Assembly (NCBI RefSeq): GCF_018977255.1 | Contig: NW_024704742.1 | Location: 37,202,001-37,266,000, forward strand | Source: Callorhinchus milii | Lineage: Eukaryota | Reading direction: 5' to 3' | Length of the DNA: 64,000 bases | In this document: piece after piece, positions 53,101-62,100 of the stretch | Layout of the letters: each line of letters opens with the position of its first letter | How positions within the stretch are numbered: position 1 is the first letter of the stretch | Notes under the pieces: model-generated | Seen by the model: the letters and a program-made list of their open reading frames with translations, nothing else | What the model was told of the DNA's origin: nothing | The model's database searches: none | Made by a program: the position numbers and the translations under genes

Positions 53101-56100
53101 AGCAAATAACGGTGCAATCTAGATTATGTGCCTATTCATGCCCAGGAATAAAGAAATCATTTGTCAGATTTAAATAAGATAGCTTGAACCCTTTCAAAAA
53201 TTGAATGCAAATATCTTGTTCCTCATTTGGGCTAAAGTTCAATTCTGAATAAAGAAAATAGAGCAGTTAGTATAGTAGTTGGTTTCTTAATTCTAATATA
53301 TTTCATTGCTGATGAGATGAAAAATATATTTTCCTTTCATTGAGAGTTAAGTGTTTTATGACATGCTAAAGATACAATCAGAGATTCATACTGCAGCAAA
53401 ATCAAATGAAAAATAATGATATTGAATGCTCACCCAATATTACAACAATTAAATACATATGTGATCATATTATGTAAATGTCATCATTCACTATGAATAA
53501 ATCCCTTTTATAAAACCTACAATTAAAGCATTGTTTTTTTTTAAATTTGCAGAGATGGTGAGCCAGTTGTTCCCAAAACAGTGGATTCTCTCTACAAATA
53601 CGATAAAGACAAAGATTCAAAGCTAAATAAATCTGCTGAAGTTAATGGTAAGACTTTTCGGGAATTTTTTTCTGAATTTTTTTTTCCTGAACGTTTATTT
53701 AAATTTGTTATTACATCTGACCCGGCCACCAACTTCACTCAGAGATCACCGGCCTGCTTGATGTCCCTCCCTCCTATTTCGGCCTTTCTGCCCCCACTCC
53801 CTGGAGCTCTGTCCCAGAGTCCCTCCAATTCATCTCTTACCTCATTTAAGGTCCATCTCAAGATCTACCTCTTTAACCACATTCTCAGTCATCTTTATCC
53901 ACTCTACCCCACTTGGTTCCCACCACAGCTCAGGTGCTTTCCCAGCAGTATCAAGTACCTTGTGATGTCCTCCCAACATGAAAGCTGCTATATAAATGTA
54001 ACTGTATCGTATTGAATCACATTCAGCCAAAGAATAGAATGACATACAACAAATAAAGTTAATTTGGTGAAGCACGCATAATGTCAAAACATCCCAAAGC
54101 TCTTCACCATGTTTGTCATGTATAGTGACTGTTTCTTATAAGCAATCACGGCAGCCATTTTGCACAAAGCAAACAGGTGACTTTATCTGGAGGAGTGTGG
54201 CCAGGACACTGGGAGAAACTTCCATTTGTTTCAGATAGTATCATGGGATCACTGACATTTGCTTGCACAGGCAAGTGGGAGCTTAGTTTAATATCTTCTG
54301 AAGGATAGCACCTCTGACAATGCAGCACTCCCCTAGAACTCCACTAGAGTATCAGGTAAAACCATGATTTCAAAATTTCATACCACAATCTTCTGACCCA
54401 GAGACAAGAGTGCTACCAACTGAGTCAAGCAAACACCTAGTTATTAAACAGGAATAAATGGACATAAGCCTGGACTTCGGTAGAACACAGTAAATGCATC
54501 AAAAGATTCAGGTCATAGCATAAACCTATCAATGAGTTTATCAATGTGATTCAAACAGCAATGTGTTTCGTGCTCAACAGATTCAGCAGTTTTATGACAT
54601 TGCCGCTGTGTTCCCTTAGCTTTATTTTCGAGGGTTTGTATCACTTTGGTGATTCAGCACAGATTTCTCTGACTAAATCCTGACCTGAATTGAATGCTTT
54701 TGCAGTTTCTGATTTAGACTGGGATGAAATGTAGATTTCAGTGCTTATTACAGGTAGATGAATCACTTACTGGTGTCATATTCCACACCTAATTCCAAAG
54801 GAAACTAAACACTCCTCAGCCTTCTCAGTCAGGTTAGAATTTGCTAATGTCCACCTATGTGCTTTTCAAGCTTTAGTGGAACAAAGCACTTCGTTCCTAC
54901 CAGACTGTACATGTTTCTCAAATAGCTTATAGGTGCCATAAGAACATTGCTTCACTGATTTGAACAGGTCTATTTTGGGAATGGGACTTGGGGCTAATTC
55001 TACAGTAGTGCATTATAATCACTGATACATTTGTCATCATTAGACTGTCAAAAAAGTATCCCATCTGTACCTATAATATATTCTATAAGTAGCCATATTT
55101 CAATGCCAGCTGTTTGCAAATGGCTGCGATTATTAGGGTTTCTACAAAAATTCCTAGCAGTTCCAAAATGCTATAATTTCAAATTTTGGTACTAAATATG
55201 ACTGTCTAAAGCAGGGAACATTAGACAATCAAGAAAGTGGAACCACTGCATTAGGGATGTTTGACACTTTGGATATGAGGTTTAATCTACGTCTAACCTT
55301 ATTTGTGAGATATAGATACCTATAATGGGAAAAGAAAATGGAAAGTATATCAACTTCCAGCGTTCAAATAATTGCACCTAATAGCGCAGTGTATCAACCA
55401 AAAAAGTGTCAAATAAGTAGCTAAAACTTACTCAAAAATAGTCGATCAACTTGACCTGAAATATAGCTGTTTTATGGTAAATCATCATTCATAATTCCTA
55501 CAACTTGGGTTGGGCAAAGTGAAAAGGACATTGCCTGAACCCTGGAATTCTCTTGTTTCTATTCTATGTAAAACATCCAGAATATCTAAAGACTTTTTCT
55601 TGAATTAAAATAAAATTTGACAAAGCTTCATTCTATACACGTTTCAAATTTGGCAAAAAGATGTTTGTGTTTGTGAAAAGACCACTTTCCATTTTCAAAA
55701 TACTCATCATCACCATCAAGCACTGCCAAGTCAGGTACACCACATCCTACACTGTACCTTCATCTACTGCTCCACAGACAGTCTATCTTACCACCTCCAC
55801 TTCAGAAAGCGACACTTTAGTGTAAGAGTGTGATATGTTTTTCATACCAGCCATCCATTTTGGCCTGCCTCTGAATTGCATGTGAAGAAGGACCCACGTT
55901 AATGCTACGTTGCGAGAGATTTAAAATAAGTCCAATTGTTTCTTTATGATCAGAAAAAAAACCTGAACAATGGCTATCAGAGTTAAATTTTAAAAAATGT
56001 ACTTGTGTCCTCCCTTTCACTATAGAACCATAAGTAGTTCCAGCACAAAAAGAGGCCATTTGTCCTATTGTGTCTTTGAAATAGCTACCTATATAGCCCC

Positions 56101-59100
56101 ATACACCAGCCATTTCCCCATAGCCTTTTTTATATTTCTCCTTTTCACATATTTATCCAGCCCCCCTCTTAAAAATTATATGAATTCTGCTTCAACCAAT
56201 GTTTATCTGAGCCCTGAATTCTAATCATCCAGAGAGTGTGTGTTCACAGGACAGCCCAGCATTTCATGATTTGGCATAGTTCAAACCGTTGTTATAAAAT
56301 GGTGTATCATAAAATGGTGTATTATACAGTACTACAAATGTTGCTCATGTTAGTTGGTTTCTCATGATACCATACTATAGTCTTTTTGGAGCAATTTTAC
56401 CATTTGGAATTACATAACCAGTATTGAATGAGCCTTTGTCATCGGTTGGCAGAAAATACTGTTGATTCAACCTAAAATACCTCACATTCAGACTCTCTGA
56501 AGTTAGGTGTCACCTGGCTCAGTTTGTAGCACGTTTGCCTTAGAATCGGAAGGTCATTGGTTCAATGTCCACTTTAGTATTTAAAACTTATAATCAAGGC
56601 TGACAATCTAGTGCAGTGCTGGAAAGTGCCTTCATTTGGATGAGATGGTAAACCGATGTCCCATCCTGCCTATCCAGATGGAATTTAAAGCTCCCTTGGC
56701 ACTATTCAAATTAAAAAGAGAAGGGAGTTTCTCCTGCTGTCCTGGCCAACAAATCCCCAGACAAAACAAATGTTCATTCACTTAGAACACAAAAGCATAT
56801 ATTGTGTTCTTATATGTTCATTCACTTGATGGGTGTTTGTGGAATGTTGCTCTGTGCAAATTGACTGCTGTGTTCACCTATAAATACATCCATCACTATG
56901 CTTTCTAGAAACATCTGTGAAACACTTTTTGTTTGTATGTGATAAGGTGCCATATCAAATGCATGGATTATTATTGTTCATAAAGCATAAATTTATCTGT
57001 GCTCATTGAATAAGATTTCCTTGTGGCTATGAATTCCTGAGTTCATTGCAGTTTAGGTTTTAAATGCTACTTCTTTTTGTAGGACATATCCACGGAGACT
57101 TGAGCTGTGACTCTAATCCAGTACCTGGTGTGTACATATCAGAGGTACAAATCTATATTTACCATTGTATAAATCAAAGAGAAAAACTGGAGGTTATAGT
57201 ATCTGACAAATTATGAATATGTGGTCAAAATTACAGCTAACCTTTTTTGTCTCAATTTTCAAAAGCAAATTGTATTCTGCATTAACTAATCAAACAGATT
57301 CAATCCTGAAGGTCTCTTTGACTTTTTTTTGGCAGAACTCAATTTAGATATATTGCATTTGTGATTCTAAATGTTTGTGTGTTCTGGCTACCCTTTTATA
57401 TCACAAAAGTTGTGAATCTCTTGTGTGGAAGAATACTCACAAGGCAAAGTAAAGGGAGAAGAAAGGAGTGTGATAATCATATGAAGATTTACCAAGGCTT
57501 GTTCATTGACTTGTTACTCAGTTCCCAAATAATATGAGGAAACAGTCAACAGAAGGCAGTATTCTTGAGCTTAGAAGGTATGCCAGCAACAACAATGTGT
57601 ATTTGCAGCCTTTCATATAACAGACTATTTCAAAGCACTGAATAAATGTTGTGCAAGCTAAACTAAACAGGAAATGAGATTAAAGAATTTTGATCACCTT
57701 TAGCTCAAGCTGTACAGTGCTCTGATCAGGCTGGAGTGTACATTTCTCATGACTATGCAGTGGAGCCCAGTGAAAGACTCTCAAGGTTAGAGGAGTAAAC
57801 TACACGGAACAACTGAATACAATCTGGTTTCTCGGCTTGGCAAAAAAGGCACATGAAATGCATAATAGGATAGAGCAAGTAACCCTGTATCAATACTTTC
57901 AAATATGTTAAAGTAGCAGAACAAGGGGTTGAGGTTCAGGGTGTGAAAGGAAATCTTAGGATACAAAGCAGGATCTCTTCACCCTGAGGGCAGGACATTG
58001 CATTTATTTTTAAAAGAAAGCTTAATGCTGTAATGGGAAAACAGTAGGATAGGTATTCTGAAAGGATGAGATCAAATTAATTGAAGATTTTTCTGCCTTC
58101 AAACCTGTGCTGTGATCTTCAAAAAAAAATGTGCTTTGCATGTTAGCAATACTTGTTACACAGATACTCATCATATTTTGAGGTTTAATTGTGGTCTGTT
58201 TGTGCATCTTTTCACAGTAGCTTTAGTCCTTGTTGTAAATAAATAGTAATAAAGCCTTCACACATGAGATTATTTGTTTTTGCAAATAAACGAGTTTTGT
58301 TTCCACAATATATATTGGGTTAGTATCAAAGTTCAGTGGAAATTTAATACCTTTGTTCTTCTTTGTAGAGTAATGTAACAGAAATTGATCTGCACAAACC
58401 TGCCTCAGGAGGACTAGGATTCTCCCTAGTAGGTGGTGAGAATGGTATTTATGTAAAGAGTGTACATCCGTCTGGGCCAGCTGCCGAGGATGGAAGGCTA
58501 CAAGTTGGTGACAAATTGCTCCAGGTAACAATCAACATCTGCTTTTGATATCAGAAAATCAAATGGGCAAAATTCCAGTCGGCAATCTGCGTAATATCTG
58601 GCAATGTCAGACACTAAAGAGATTTTCCTGTTTTAATCGAGCATCGCCAACCCATACCTGCAGCCCATAAATAAGCTCACTTATAAAGGAATGGATGGTT
58701 TGGGAATGTGAAACAGCCAAACAAGTTTGTCCTGACAGTGTTAGACCACCCATAACTCTGAGGAGTTTTTTTTTATTCAGCAAAAAGCTGCAACAGCATT
58801 ATCTGGTAGTCAAAAGCCACGATCTGAAGTGAACTCAGCTTCACAGATATTGACATTGAGAATGGTATCAGGTGGGGGGAGATCCACCTGAAATGCATTT
58901 GGGTAAACCATATTCAATACTTAGGAAATTTCTAACTTTAAATCATAAATGACACTCCGGTATTATTAAAAAGCCAATCATGCAATCCGTTGTTTAATAA
59001 CATTAAAATCACTCTCTTCAGATCGAGCAGTTCAATAGAGCACTGAAGGAGGAGCCTATTGGAAGGGGTCTAGTGTGCCATATTATACTATGCAAATAGC

Positions 59101-62100
59101 ACTGCTTCTTAAGGTACCACTGCCAAGTATTGTCAGGAGCGGGGCAGCTCATATATGTAATTCCAGTTTATACTGTACGTTTGGCAGGGAATCTCAACAA
59201 TTATTCATCAAGCAGACAGTGTAAGTAAATGCAGCATTTGTGACTTGGTACCCAAACATTTCTTATTAACTGGAAGCTTTGTATTTGATATAGTGCCTAT
59301 ATGTTGAAACATTTCAAATTATTTTCCCCGGTTGTAAATGCAACCAAATTAGATGGTAAATTTGAAAGTATAACTGGGGTTGCCAGTTTTCATTTTTATT
59401 ATTTTTAAATTTCAGCATATTTTATATTAATTTTTTTTTGGGGGGGGATTTTATCAATTTTTTTGTGTTCTTTGACTACAAAATGATCACCTTCTGGTTA
59501 CTATGGTTGTACGGTTTGTAAGATTGCTATGGACAACACTTTGGTGCAATACAAAGCAGCGCTTCTAAAATCACATAGGTTTTTCAGTTTTTTCCAAATC
59601 AAGGAAAATAAGACAATTTTTATCTTTGAAACCAGTAACCGGCAAGTAGTTTTATAATGATTAAGCTTTAATACAAGCTATCACTGACCAGTTCAGGAAA
59701 ACACCAACTGATAATGAATAAGACAAGATACATTTGCAGCTGACATCTGACAGATTACCAGGAACAGAGAACCACCCCTTAATAAGCCGAGCTGGTGATA
59801 TGTCATTAGCAAAAACTTGTGCAACATCAGGAAGAAAAGCTTATAATGGATATGTGCTGTTCAAGATGGAATATATAGGAACTCTCTCATAAAATAATTG
59901 ATTAAAAAAAAATTATTATTAAAAGATCATGCAATAACAGAAGAGTCCAGAAATTTAGAGGAAATATAAATATCATACTTAATTTATTTTAAAATATATT
60001 TTGTCTACCCTTTCCTCAGAGGATCAGCTTTAAGATTCTTGTTCTAAACTTCCAAATGCCGTCATGTCTTGCCCCCATCCTACTTCTGTGATATCTGTGG
60101 TCCTGCTCCTTCTACTCTGTTAACTTATCTCATGACTAGTGGGACAGTTTTCAGTCACTTTGCCCCTGCTCTCTGAAACTCACTCCACCTTAAATATCTC
60201 CACTGTGCACCCTCCCTCTCTGCTTTCAAAAGTCGTCTAAAAATCCACATTTTTGACTACCTCCTATTTCCCATTCTACTTGATCTCCCACTTCGTCACT
60301 GGGGAGCACTATGAGACTTTTCTATATGTAAGGCACATATATAATAATAATAATAATCCTTGCATTTGATATAGCACTTTTCACGTCGGGAGGACGTCCC
60401 AAAGCGCTTCACAGAACACACTGTAAAGTGAATTGACTGTATATTTGTGGGCGAATGCGGCAGCCAATTGCACACATCAATATCCCACAAACAGTCGTAA
60501 ATTGAAAATGACCAATTTATTATTGTTTTTGGTTTGGGAGGGATTATTATTAGGCGTGTGGAGTAAGGAAACTTGCCCAAGGTTTCGCCCTGCCTGGAAT
60601 TGAACTCAGGTCTCTCACTTGCAAAGCGAGTGCTCTAACCACTGAGCTACAGGACTCCACATCCTGTATATATATTTATTTATATTTATTTATAAATATT
60701 TATATATATATATAAATATATTTATAAATAAATGTATATATTTATATATTTATGAATATATAAAGCAAGTTGTTATTTTAAAAAAATCCACCAAACACAA
60801 TATTTTTTAAAAAATCACAAAAAATGTGTTCCCTTTTCATGAAGGAGAAATCCTTCATTTAATGAAATACTGAGTTGCTAAATAACAAAGAAAAGGTACT
60901 TAACCCAAAGTTCTTGAGAATTCCAAACCACCATTCAATTTTGCCCCCAAATAAATATCGTTTCAAAAACAGAATCATGTCTCTTATTATAATTTCTTGA
61001 ATCTTCTTTGTTTTCGAGTCTCGCCTACAAATAGTCACAAATGTACAGTAAATCCTGTGAAACATTTGTTGATGTGAAAAGATACTTTATCATATGCAAG
61101 GATTATTACTATTTCTCTTTCTAACCCTATATAAACCAGCAAGTGGGGGAGGGGGCACTAAAGATGTGGTGATAACTTGCCTACACCTTCCATTTTCTGT
61201 ATTCTTTAACTACAGGTAAATGGAGAATCTATAGTTGGAGCTTCCCACACTAAAGCAGTGACAACAATCCGCAAAGCCAAGGGACTGGTCAACTTAGTTG
61301 TCTCCAGGACAAAGTCCCCAGACAAAGTGAGGCCTTTGATCAGAAATGTTGATACAATGTGTTCTTTCAACAACTCACAAAGTGGAGGTAAGAGTAAAAC
61401 TCAAAACAATGTAATAATTTAATGCAATTTTATTTTAAAATTGAAAAAGGGGGAGTGAGTCATTGCCAGTTGCCACCCTTTACTTTCATCTCTGGGGCCT
61501 GAATGAAACTTGTTCCAGAATGATACAATTAAAGGTTCCTGGTGGGTAAGAAGCTGTCCATATTTCAAAATTATATATTTCAAAACATTGAATTTCCCTG
61601 GTACGTTTTAAAATGCAGAAATGAATTGGCCTGAATTTAGATAAAATAATAACTGGTGTAGATAATAATAATAATAATAATCCTTGCATTTGATATAGCG
61701 CTTTTCACGTCTTTTAGATGTCTCAAAGTGCTTCACAGAATATACTGTAAAGTGAATTGACTATATTTGTAGAAGTCAAACAGGGTGCGTTCCTCCGAGT
61801 AGAGAGTGCACATTCAGTTCCAGACTTAGGAAAATTTCCATGTGAAGGTGGCATGCATATGTGAAACTCTCAGACTGGTTTGGATACTCTTAAGCGTGGT
61901 GAAGACTTTCTGCATGGCATGTGTCGAACACCTGCTGATCATCGAAAATGGCGAAAATCAGTTTAGCTGTTGCAATTTTATTTTGAGGCACCAAATGAAC
62001 TGAAAATAGTTTCTAGCAAACTGCCGTGACTAGAATGTGCAGGTTCTTATGATTGGATCTGCTTATAATCTATATCAATTTAACATGAAGACTTCTTATA

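Noticed and set aside
60684..60733. AT-only near-palindrome
   Set aside because: Low-complexity AT microsatellite; self-complementarity is expected by chance.
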